Positions 1 to 8,249 of a stretch of 15,001 bases of DNA are shown here, piece by piece. Position numbers and translations under genes: made by a program. Source of the DNA: Octopus sinensis (taxonomy: Eukaryota); the NCBI RefSeq assembly GCF_006345805.1, contig NW_021825587.1, positions 1-15,001 of the forward strand, read 5' to 3'. How positions within the stretch are numbered: position 1 is the stretch's first letter; every line of letters begins with the position of its first letter. The notes under the pieces are model-generated. The model made no database searches. It saw nothing but the letters and a program-made list of their open reading frames with translations, and was not told the DNA's origin.

Positions 1-143
1 TTATTGGACGCTCGGAAGAAGGAGGGTTTAACGTTTCGAGCGGAGCTCTTCGTCAGAAGCATAGGAAAAGGAAAGATCCAAAGAAGGGAGGACTGTGGAA
101 AAAAATCGCCAACGGTACACACGAGGTCACATTTTGAATGTAT
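1..143 (-). mobile_element. Short Penelope-like (PLE) terminal-repeat fragment carrying a minimal hammerhead; truncated by window edge
   Basis: Homologous to 10736-10883 (ttattggacg...gtttcgag.ggagctcttcgtcagaa.cataggaaaaggaaagatc...atcgccaacggt.cacacg.ggtcacattttgaat); contains a hammerhead core on the minus strand. Confidence 0.65.
26..60 (-). ncRNA. Minimal type I hammerhead ribozyme motif with extra A after A9
   Basis: Minus strand reads GCUU-CUGACGA-A-GAGC(UCC)GCUC-GAAA-C-GUU-AAAC: intact core, 4-bp stem II, palindromic ACGU stem III, stem I with one mismatch. Confidence 0.6.
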
Positions 144-480
144 ATACATGTATACCTACAAACATACACTCACACGCGCGCGTGCGCGTGATTAAGAGAC
201 AATCTGTAAGCGGAATAGTAAAAATATGTGAAACTTTCATTCCTCAAATGAGAAATTGCTTTTGTTATTTGCATTCCAACGATGGAATGTTTTACTCTTG
301 TTAGAAACCAACTCTTTCCTAAGAGGAAGATTTTAAATAATCAAAAACAGAAGGCATACATACATACACACACACACAGCAGACACATAGTAGAGAGAGG
401 TGTAGGGACATATATACATACATACATATATATATGTGTGTGTGTGTGTGTGTGGTGTGTATTATACATATATATATATA

Positions 481-788
481 TCACGTGATCACGTGACTGA
501 CCAATCCATCAGATGTAGTTACACATCGCTGGTCACAAAGCGTTCGCATTGTTTTAGCCTTCGAATGACGCCACCCCACTGGCTAAGCGAGCAGGCCAAC
601 AGAAGAAAGAGTGAGAGAAAGTTGTGGTGAAAGAGTACAGCAGGGATCACCACCATCCCCTGCCGGAGCCTCATGGAGCTTTTAGGTGTTTTCGCTCAAT
701 AAACACTCACAACGCCTGGTCTGGGAATCGAAACCGCGATCCTACGACCGCGAGTCCGCTGCCCTAACCACTGGGCCATTGCGCCTCC
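481..788 (-). mobile_element. tRNA-derived SINE, family C (tRNA-Arg-like head), near full length
   Basis: Minus strand begins GGAGGCGCAATGGCCCAGTGGTTAGGGCAGCGGACTCGCGG...GGTTTCGATTCC (A box, B box, TCG anticodon-like loop); homologous copies at 11763-12044 and 13685-13968; flanked by microsatellites. Confidence 0.85.
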
Positions 789-805
789 ACACACACACAC
801 ACACA

Positions 806-875
<70 letters not shown>
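789..875. repeat. (CA)n(TA)n compound microsatellite
   Basis: Seen directly. Confidence 0.95.
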
Positions 876-878
876 TAG

Positions 879-980
879 AATGGAGAAAAATTCAGATCAA
901 CAAACAAAACAATTGGACCACATCTAAAGCTTATTATTTAATACAAAACATGACCACGTTGATCTGAGATTTTCTCCATT
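879..980. repeat. Short inverted repeat, MITE-like (23-bp arms, 56-nt spacer)
   Basis: aatggagaaaaattcagatcaac (879-901) vs gttgatctgagattttctccatt (958-980), 21/23 complementary. Confidence 0.6.
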
Positions 981-1150
981 TTCTGATTTTTAATATTTGA
1001 TTCCTGATAAAATTTTGTTTATTCTGTTCTTACCTGTACCCTACGAGCATAGTGTTCCTGCGTACCCATGCCCTGAGATCACACGGGTAACTGATACCGA
1101 CAGTATATACGTATATTTTATTCCTTAGTCGGTTATTATAACCGCTATCT

Positions 1151-1498
1151 CTGGTACTTATTTAATCGACCCCGCACGGAAGAAAGGCAAAATCGACCTC
1201 GGCGGAATTTGAACTCAGAACGTAGCGGCAGACGAAATACCTATTTCTTTACTACCCACAAGGGGCTAAACACTGAGAAGACAAACAAGGATAGACAAAC
1301 GGATTAAGTCGATTATATCGACCCCAGTAACTGGTACTTAATTTATCGACCCCGTACGGAAGAAAGGCAAAGTCGACCTCGGCGGAATTTGAACTCAGAA
1401 CGTAGCGGCAGACGAAATACCGTCAAGCATTTCGCCCGGCGTGCTAACGATTCTGCCAGCTCACCGCCTTACTCGGCGTGCTAACGTTTCTGCCAGCT
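1151..1498 (-). mobile_element. tRNA-derived SINE family B, dimeric/nested cluster
   Basis: Complete copy about 1242-1470 (minus head aaggcggtgagctggcagaa..., B box gagttcaaattcc), plus a partial copy 1151-1241 and an extra head piece 1474-1498; homologous to 2796-3012, 5194-5424 and 6632-6806. Confidence 0.85.
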
Positions 1499-1723
1499 TC
1501 TTACCACATTCCCAATATTTTTCAACCATCAGAGTTTATGTTACTCAGAACGTATGGGACAAGGGTGAACTGAAAGTCTGGAAGCAAGCGTCGACATGTA
1601 GAGCAAGCTAATGAAAATGCTTTGGACAGACAAAGGGTTAAAATGATTTTCTGATTTTAAGACAAGACTTTCATATTCCTTGGGAATATATATAGTAGGC
1701 GAACATATTGTTGGGAACGTACA

Positions 1724-1889
1724 GGCGCAGGAGTGGCTGTGTGGTAAGTAGCTTGCTTACCAACCACATGGCTCCGGGTTCATTCCTACAAGCGTGGCAC
1801 CTTAGGCAAGTGCCTTCTATTATAGCCCCGGGCTGACCAGTGCCTTGTGAGTGGATTTGGTAGACAGAAACTGAAAGAAGCCTGTCGTA

Positions 1890-1924
<35 letters not shown>

Positions 1925-2006
1925 CTGAGTTACGGGGACGTAAACACACCACCATCGGTTGTCAAGTGATGATGGCGGGGACAACAGACACACAAACATA
2001 CACACA

Positions 2007-2042
<36 letters not shown>

Positions 2043-2280
2043 TGTGTGTGTTGTGTGTGTGTGTGTATATGTTTCTATGTCTGTTTGTCCTCGCCTTCAT
2101 CACTTGACAGCCGATGGTGGTGTGTTTACGTCCCCGTAACTCAGCGATTCAGCAAAAGAGACCGATAGAATAAGTAGTAGGCTTACAAAGAATAAGTCCT
2201 GGGATCGATTTGCTCGACTAAAAGCGGTGCTCCAGCATGGCCGCAGTCAAATGACTGAAACAAGTAAAAGAGTAAAAGAG
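1724..2280 (+). mobile_element. tRNA-derived SINE family A with internal foldback duplication
   Basis: Head ggcgcaggagtggctgtgtggtaag (A box) and gggttcattcc (B box), internal TA/TG microsatellite, tail ...gaaacaagtaaaagagtaaaagag; many homologues in the window. Confidence 0.9.
1921..2148. repeat. Spacer-less long inverted repeat (foldback) inside the SINE
   Basis: 1921-1958 is the exact reverse complement of 2111-2148 (38/38); centre cacac|gtgtg at 2039/2040. Confidence 0.92.
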
Positions 2281-2374
2281 CATATGAACTGGAGCCTGGA
2301 ACATGACTGGTATTTACTTTATAAATATAGTGTCTTGGGCGGGAGACGACAGGAAAGCCACACCCCGACAGAAT

Positions 2375-2588
2375 TTAACTTTTTAACATTCAAACCGGCT
2401 GTATCCGGCCCAAATATTCTACCTTTTTTATTTTGTGTTCAAACCGTTTAGGGTTGGCCTCTCATTCTAAAACTTTACAATCACATCATTGAAACCTTGA
2501 AGATATGAGATAATGCATGATTAAATCAAAACAATGTCAGTAAATAAGCATTACTTTTGACTGAATAATCTGAATGCTAAAAGTTTAA
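2375..2588. mobile_element. piggyBac-type MITE (TTAA target duplication), degenerate
   Basis: TTAA at 2375-2378 and 2585-2588; TIRs ctttttaacattca and tgaatgctaaaagt, 11/14 complementary. Confidence 0.6.
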
Positions 2589-2795
2589 ATTACTTTATAT
2601 CGTTCTAAATAAAAAGGTGATTTTTCGCTATAGGTACATATATCTGCTGAACTGACGTTGACACCTAAACAATCCGGGAAAATACAAAAATAGGTTAGGA
2701 TATTCCAAATAAGCGAAACAAATATTAGTTTCATTAAATGAGAAACACACACGTGTGTGTATACATGGATGTACCTATACATTCATGAGAAAAAC

Positions 2796-3012
2796 ATTGG
2801 TTTCAAATTTTGGCACAAGGCCAGTAATTTCGAGGAAGGAGGAAGGCGATTACATCGACACCAGTGATTAACTGGTACTTATTTTATTAACCCTGAAAGG
2901 ATGAAATGTAAAGTCGACCTCGGCGGCATTTGAACTCAGAACATATAGACGGACTAATTGTTGCTAAATATTTTTGTCCGACGTGCTAACCATTTTGCCA
3001 GCTTGCCGCCTT
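2796..3012 (-). mobile_element. SINE family B, diverged copy
   Basis: ctggtacttatttt...gtcgacctcggcggcatttgaactcagaac...gtgctaacc...gccagcttgccgcctt matches the other B copies. Confidence 0.85.
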
Positions 3013-3506
3013 ATTAAATGGAAATATATTAATTTAGCGTTGTCTTCGGTTAAATCTTTTCAAATTTTACTTTTATAACTTCTTAAGGATGTTTCCAGTT
3101 TTATTGTTATTATTTTACTCACCTCAATCACCTCGCCTACATATTTTGTTTTTCAAATAAATGAAATTAAATAAAAGACAACCGGGTGTAATTTGAGAGA
3201 AATTTTGCTGATTTTCTAGCAGATCTAGTGGCCACGTAGAGATTCCCTCCCGTATTGGTTACGATCAAGATGTCCGATTACTCTAAGGTGCTTGACTCAA
3301 AGTGTACTTCATATGCTCTGCGCGTAAATCATGTGTTGAAAGATAAACGTGTCACATGCTTTCTATGAGGCTATTTTACGTAGGATGTTGCTCTACTTGA
3401 TAAAATCATTTTGAGTGTTGTAGCATATATTTTTCATAATCATACTGGTTCACGAATTATTACTTTCAACGGTTTTAAACTTACATTTCTACGTCTTGTT
3501 TTTCAG

Positions 3507-3521
3507 CTAAGCGATGTTTCG
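3507..3521 (+). CDS. Candidate 15-nt phase-1 microexon (xKRCFG)
   Basis: cttac branch-like motif, tcttgtttttcAG acceptor and CG|GTAAGG donor in a repeat-free stretch; no homology evidence. Confidence 0.25.
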
Positions 3522-3732
3522 GTAAGGAAGGAACGAAATATCTGTCAGTGAATGAAATAATAACAGAAAACTAAAACCAAGACATGGATTTTTTTTTCTT
3601 GCCTGTATATGAAGTGATCTTAGCTTCAATTTCTTTGTTAGTCTAGACAGCAGGCATAAAAGAATCTTGTTGCAAGGTCATTGACACAAGAGACATATTT
3701 TTTCGCGCGAAATTTATAGGATTGATTTTCAG

Positions 3733-3822
3733 GTGCAGTAATGGAATACATATTACTCAGCGACTACAGTATTCACCTAAACGGTTGTATATGCATTATG
3801 ACATTTTGGGAACTGAACAACT
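3733..3822 (+). CDS. Candidate 90-nt phase-1 exon (GAVMEYILLSDYSIHLNGCICIMTFWELNN)
   Basis: ttgattttcAG acceptor, CT|GTACGT donor, open and in frame with the candidate microexon; product not recognised. Confidence 0.25.
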
Positions 3823-3865
3823 GTACGTGACGAGCATCGTGTTTCCTGTATATATTTTAGTTTGC

Positions 3866-4133
3866 GTGGCTGTGGTAAGAAGTTTCCTTGCCAACCATAT
3901 GGTGCTGAGTTCAGTGACACCTCGGGCGGGTGTTTTCTACTATGGCCTCGGGACAACCAAAGCCTTATGAGCGATGTTGGCGTGCTTACGTCCCTCGTAA
4001 CTTAGCGGTTCGACAAAAAGAGACCGATAGAATAAGTACTAGGCTTACAAAGAATAAGTCCCGGGGTCGATTTGTTCGACTGTAGACGGTGCTCCAGCAT
4101 GGCCGCAGTCAAATGAGTGAAACAAGTCAAAGA
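3866..4133 (+). mobile_element. SINE family A, internally deleted copy
   Basis: Head and tail match family A; gccttatga joins directly to gcgatgttggcgtg, so the central microsatellite region is missing. Confidence 0.85.
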
Positions 4134-4267
4134 ATATATATATATATATACAATAAAATATATTATATTATAATCCGGTTGCCAAGCGGTGTAGGTTAAA
4201 CGCAAATACAGACGTACTCACAGAAATACACACACACACACACACACGCACGCACAAACACACATAC

Positions 4268-4367
4268 AGGTCGACCTGGTGCTATAGTAAGACATCCAAG
4301 GCTTCTACATTGGAACTGAACCGGAAACCATGTATCTTCGTAACCATACTAACACGCCTGTTACGCC
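4268..4367 (-). mobile_element. Diverged SINE family A head fragment
   Basis: Reverse complement reads ...catggtttccggttcagttcc...gccttggatgtcttactatagcaccaggtcgacc. Confidence 0.6.
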
Positions 4368-4370
4368 CTT

Positions 4371-4376
4371 CATATA

Positions 4377-4436
<60 letters not shown>

Positions 4437-4462
4437 TAGATAGATATATATATATATATATA
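4371..4462. repeat. (TA)n microsatellite
   Basis: Seen directly. Confidence 0.95.
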
Positions 4463-4492
4463 TTGGAAGGTTTGGAGATGATGTACAGGTAT

Positions 4493-4771
4493 TATATATT
4501 AGAAGAAATGAGGTAATCAAAAGATCGGATGGTTCATATTTATAGATATTTATTTATATATTACATTTTTTACATATATATATCATATCATTCACATTAT
4601 TAGCGCTTTCTCCCATTCCAGTGGGGTTTTCAAATCTAGTGGGATTTGAAAACCCCACTAGAATGGGAGAAAGCGCTAATGATCTGAATGATATGATATA
4701 TATATATGTAAAAAATGTAATATATAAATAAATATCAACCATCCGATCTTCTGATTACCTCATTTCTTCTA

Positions 4772-4778
<7 letters not shown>
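4493..4778. mobile_element. Foldback element / MITE, about 286-bp near-perfect hairpin in a TA context
   Basis: Left arm 4493-4636 and right arm 4643-4778 are complementary with a 6-nt loop (tagtgg); the left arm has a 10-nt insertion (4535-4544). Confidence 0.8.
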
Positions 4779-4809
<31 letters not shown>

Positions 4810-5193
4810 ATGTGTGTGTGTGTGTGTGTATTCTTTTCTCTCTGTATATATGTAGTTTTTTTTATTTTCTATGCTGTTTATTTATGAATAGTAAAATATT
4901 ACGTTCATTTTTTTTTTATTATCATATTTGTGATTGCAAAAAAGGTGGTTGACACCAAGCGCGTGATGACGTTCACGATGATGTGTTATAGGTAAACAAA
5001 ACGGACCAGCTGGATGACTTACAGAGCAAAACGATCCAGTTCTGAGGGAGTTAGGTGCAAAATAAAAGTTGGTAACGATGGGCAGACGACGAAAACTGTA
5101 ATATTTTGGTCAGGTTATTAGGGACAAGGACCTCAGTGTCAGCATTTCGAGGGTTAAGTCGACATAAAACGGACTGGTGGGCGAGAAAAATAT

Positions 5194-5424
5194 CTATTTC
5201 TTTACTACCCACAAGGGGCTAAACACAGAGAGGACAAACAAGGACAGACAAACGGATTAAGTCGATTATATCTACCCCAGTGCGTAACTGGTACTTATTT
5301 AATCGACCCAAATGGATGAAAGGCAAAGTCGACCTCGGCGGAATTTGAACTCAGAACGCAGCGGCGGACGAAGTACCACAATACATTTCGCCCGGTGTGC
5401 TAACGTTTCTGCCAGCTCGCCGCC
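5194..5424 (-). mobile_element. SINE family B, full copy
   Basis: Close match to 1242-1470 including the tail ctatttctttactacccacaaggggctaaacac. Confidence 0.88.
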
Positions 5425-5462
5425 GACAAAAATATCAGTGACTGATCCAACGGAACCTTGGT

Positions 5463-6056
5463 CAGTAGCGTAGCTAGAGGGCGGGGCGAGGAGGTGGTTC
5501 GCATCTGGCGACGTTTTTATGGGGCCAGTACTGTGGGTCTGCTTGTAAAAACCTGTAAAGATTCGTGGCGGAGGGAGTGGTGTCTTGTCTTCTTATCTTG
5601 TAACGATATTTACCTGGGAAGCTGGCTCCTATTGTGAGTTCCTAAAAGTTTCAAGGAATGATCAAACTATGCGAACACTGTTCCCGTCTGTATTCGTAAG
5701 CCACCGTACACGTCTGGTGGCACGTTACCCTCGCGTTACGTCTTCTCGCGTTACGCTGCAGAATGCCGGCGGATGCAATCCAACACCACCAACAAGCCGC
5801 CGGATTCTGGAGCAGACGCCGCCCGGAATTCACCATTGCCCTGCAATTAGCCGGGTTGCTACCCTAGCACCTTCGGTGTCAGACCTGTCCGCCTTGGGTT
5901 GCCCTACCAGGGACTCGAAATCCCCGACGGCATAGCTCTGATGTTCACTCGTTTAACCTTCCAACCACGACGACGTCAAGGGTTGGACTTTGAGGAAGGG
6001 CGAGCGGACGTCGCAGAAGGCTTCCTCGGATGATACACACTCTAGCTACACCATTG
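5463..6056. mobile_element. hAT-type non-autonomous element with GC-rich cargo
   Basis: TIRs cagtagcgtagctag (5463-5477) and ctagctacaccattg (6042-6056), 12/15 complementary; 8-bp TSD accttggt (5455-5462) and accctggt (6057-6064), 7/8. Confidence 0.75.
5882..5985 (-). mobile_element. RTE/BovB-clade LINE 5'-UTR-like conserved domain
   Basis: Minus strand gagctatgccgtc(ggggatttcgagtccc)tggtagggcaacccaaggcggacaggtc resembles, from recall, the BovB/RTE 5'UTR segment gagccatgccgtg..tagggccacccaagacggacaggtc. Confidence 0.55.
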
Positions 6057-6299
6057 ACCCTGGTGGAATGCATGTCTGTACACGAAACCGTAATGTGAGA
6101 TGTGGTAGTTGTGGTTGATCTCTCGACTCTAAGTCGTGCCTGAGACTCGCAACTCCTAAGAATAGGAATATTCAACCATTTAGTCATTCATTATACTCGT
6201 CATACTCGTCAGTCTAGTTTTTCTTCATACTAAACGTTATATAAAACTCATACTAGTACACAATGATTAGACCAGGTTACTCCTTAAGGAGTATAAGAA

Positions 6300-6510
6300 C
6301 AGTTTCCTGTCCTCTCTTGTGTCTAAACACCTCCCTAGATGGGACGCCAGTCCGTCGCAGGATTACTCATTTTTACCAGCTGAGTGGACAGGAGCAACGT
6401 GAAATGAAGTGTTTTGCTCAAGAACCCAGCGCATTGCCGGGTCCAGGAATCGAAATCACAGTCTTATGACCATGAGTTCCAACACCGTAACCACAAAACC
6501 ATGCACTTCC
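6300..6510 (-). mobile_element. tRNA-derived SINE family D (V-SINE-like central domain)
   Basis: Minus head ggaagtgcatggttttgtggtta...gatttcgattcctgg, then ttcttgagcaaaacactt and cctgcgacggactggcgtcccatctaggg, which resembles the V domain from recall; 3' boundary approximate. Confidence 0.6.
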
Positions 6511-6631
6511 AAAACAGCTTCGTTTATTGATAAGTCATGTGTCCTCTGTGTGACTACTGTAGATATAACCTATCTATATAGACTAGGTTCTTCAACTCAT
6601 TTAACTCCGTACTTATTTTGAAGCCGTAAGG

Positions 6632-6806
6632 AGGCGGTGTGCTGGTAGAATATTTAGCGAGTCGGACACGTCTTCCGGCTCTTCACGTTCTAGGTTCAAA
6701 CTTCGCCGAGGTCGACTTTGCCAATCATCCATCCAAGGTCGATGATAAAATAAATACCAGTTGAATTCTGTGATCGACGTAATCGAATAGCACCCACCCC
6801 AAAACT
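6632..6806 (+). mobile_element. SINE family B, diverged copy
   Basis: aggcggtgtgctggtagaa...ggttcaaacttcgccgaggtcgactttgcc...aaataccagt. Confidence 0.75.
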
Positions 6807-6949
6807 TCTTTGAAAATTTCAGATTTTACGCCAAACTTTGAAACCATTGTATTGAAGGTGTAGTTTATGACTGGAATTATTTAGTTTGGTTATTTCTGTT
6901 ATCTCATTGAGCTCGGATGTTAGTAGAACTGTTCTTACCATTTTTAGTA

Positions 6950-7830
6950 AAACTCTTTCTTTCTGTTATCTAACCAATTTATCTTCATTTTTATCAGTTG
7001 CATCTCCTCTGGTGTTAAAGTTACCGCAAATTATGAATATGAAGGTAAGTATTAAGAAAAGGTATGTCATTCGCCTCAATCCCCACTGCATTATATTACT
7101 CACTAGCGTGACCAGACTGTGTGCTGCCAGGGGCGGAACTTCAGTTTGCCGCTCTTTTCGGGCCCCCATAAAAATTACATATCGCCTACAGAAAACCCCA
7201 AAGGTGGGGCCGCCTCCATAAAAGTGCCACCCGGGGCGGACTTCCTCCTGCACCAATGCTCCCTTTGCGCTTCCTGCGCCCTTTGTGCCTCCTGCGACCC
7301 ACCAGACCATCTAGTGACGCTAGTAATATTACTGTTTAAACATTGGGAAATACACCCACAAGTTCAATAAGTTCCTGAACGTGATTTTTTACTTTTCATT
7401 TTGTTTTGTTATGTGAAAGAGAAACAATCTTCCCAGACAGGGCGCCAATCTTGGAAGGATTTCAACCATGTTTGTGGTTTGCTACCACAACAGCTCCTTT
7501 ATAGGATCCAGTTAGCTCAAGACATCACCAGGAGGAACCACGTCCGGTTTCGGCCCCCTACTCCTCTACCGTTTTGACGTGGCAGGGCACCCCCTTTCGG
7601 AGGTATCTTCAGCTCTGGTATTGAGTGCATGTCTTCTTTCTTCTTCTTTCTTCTGTTCCCTGGCCTCTTCGATGTAGCGTCAACGAGTGTCGGCGGGCGA
7701 CTGACTGTCTTGCCAATTTTTTCCCCTTTAAACACCTGCTGCTAGGCTCCAGCAGGCAGCCCCAGCAAGTTGTCACTTTAACATTCTGTGAAGATTTGCT
7801 ATGTATTTCCCTGACCTAAGACATATTTGA
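6950..7830 (-). pseudogene. Possible heavily decayed non-LTR retrotransposon relic (APE endonuclease region, possibly preceded by a zinc-knuckle remnant), interrupted by a MITE
   Basis: After removing the MITE, minus frames give LVGVFPN then, about 28 aa later via a frameshift, IICGNFN (cf. APE motifs VYAPN and GDFN); CWGCLLE upstream near 7760; many stops. Confidence 0.35.
7101..7325. mobile_element. hAT-type MITE (225 bp)
   Basis: TIRs cactagcgtgaccag and ctagtgacgctagta, 12/15 complementary; perfect 8-bp TSD ATATTACT at 7093-7100 and 7326-7333. Confidence 0.88.
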
Positions 7831-7841
7831 TAATAGACAAA

Positions 7842-8249
7842 TCTCTCTATATATAAACGGCAGTTTGTCTGTCTGTGTGTCTGTGTGGCTGTCAGGTTGT
7901 ACCCTCACCCTGACCACGGCTTTCAACCGATTCTGATGAAACTTGACACACACATAGCCCAATGTCATAATTCAAAATTAACGCAGAGAAAATTTTGAAA
8001 AGTTCCCCCAGTTCTGAAAAAAATCGATAAATTCGACATGGGGTCGAGAATCTAAGCTTTTTATATGCAACACATTTTCTGTCGGGAGACAGTTAGGAAC
8101 ATTGTATACATAGAAGTATTCGAGTGAAGAGAAGACATTGCAACCTACACATGCGCCTTCGTTCCCTAGAAGGAAAGAACTAGATTGGGATTAGTCGTTG
8201 CCTACTAGGGGCTCTTACATACCCGGGCAACGCCGGGCTATGCTGCTAG
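7842..8249 (+). mobile_element. Non-autonomous Helitron
   Basis: 5' TC after A7841 (TCTCTCTATATATAAA...); 3' hairpin CCCGG-GCAACG-CCGGG (8222-8237), 8-nt spacer, CTAG (8246-8249) followed by T; no TSD. Confidence 0.82.

Noticed and set aside
715-788. tRNA-Arg-like sequence (also other A/B-box heads)
   Set aside because: These are SINE heads: no acceptor stem or proper 3' end, and they continue into the SINE body.
1151-1470. CRISPR-like repeat-spacer pattern
   Set aside because: Only two 91-nt units derived from a SINE; eukaryotic context with no cas genes.
1630-1641. caaagggttaa, piggyBac-like end
   Set aside because: No matching left terminus found.
2745-2760. 16-bp palindrome acacacacgtgtgtgt
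   Set aside because: Trivial CA/TG microsatellite junction.
4963-5045. Box C (GTGATGA) to box D (CTGA) at snoRNA-like spacing
   Set aside because: No terminal stem and no recognisable rRNA or snRNA antisense guide; likely chance.
5585-5935. 116-aa ORF in the GC-rich island
   Set aside because: No recognisable domain; explained by high GC within transposon cargo.
6966-7310. 114-aa minus ORF with a hydrophobic stretch
   Set aside because: Chimeric: its first part is the hAT MITE, delimited by a perfect TSD.
7933-7945. CTGATGAAAC hammerhead-like start
   Set aside because: No stem II or downstream GAAA geometry; part of the Helitron 5' region.
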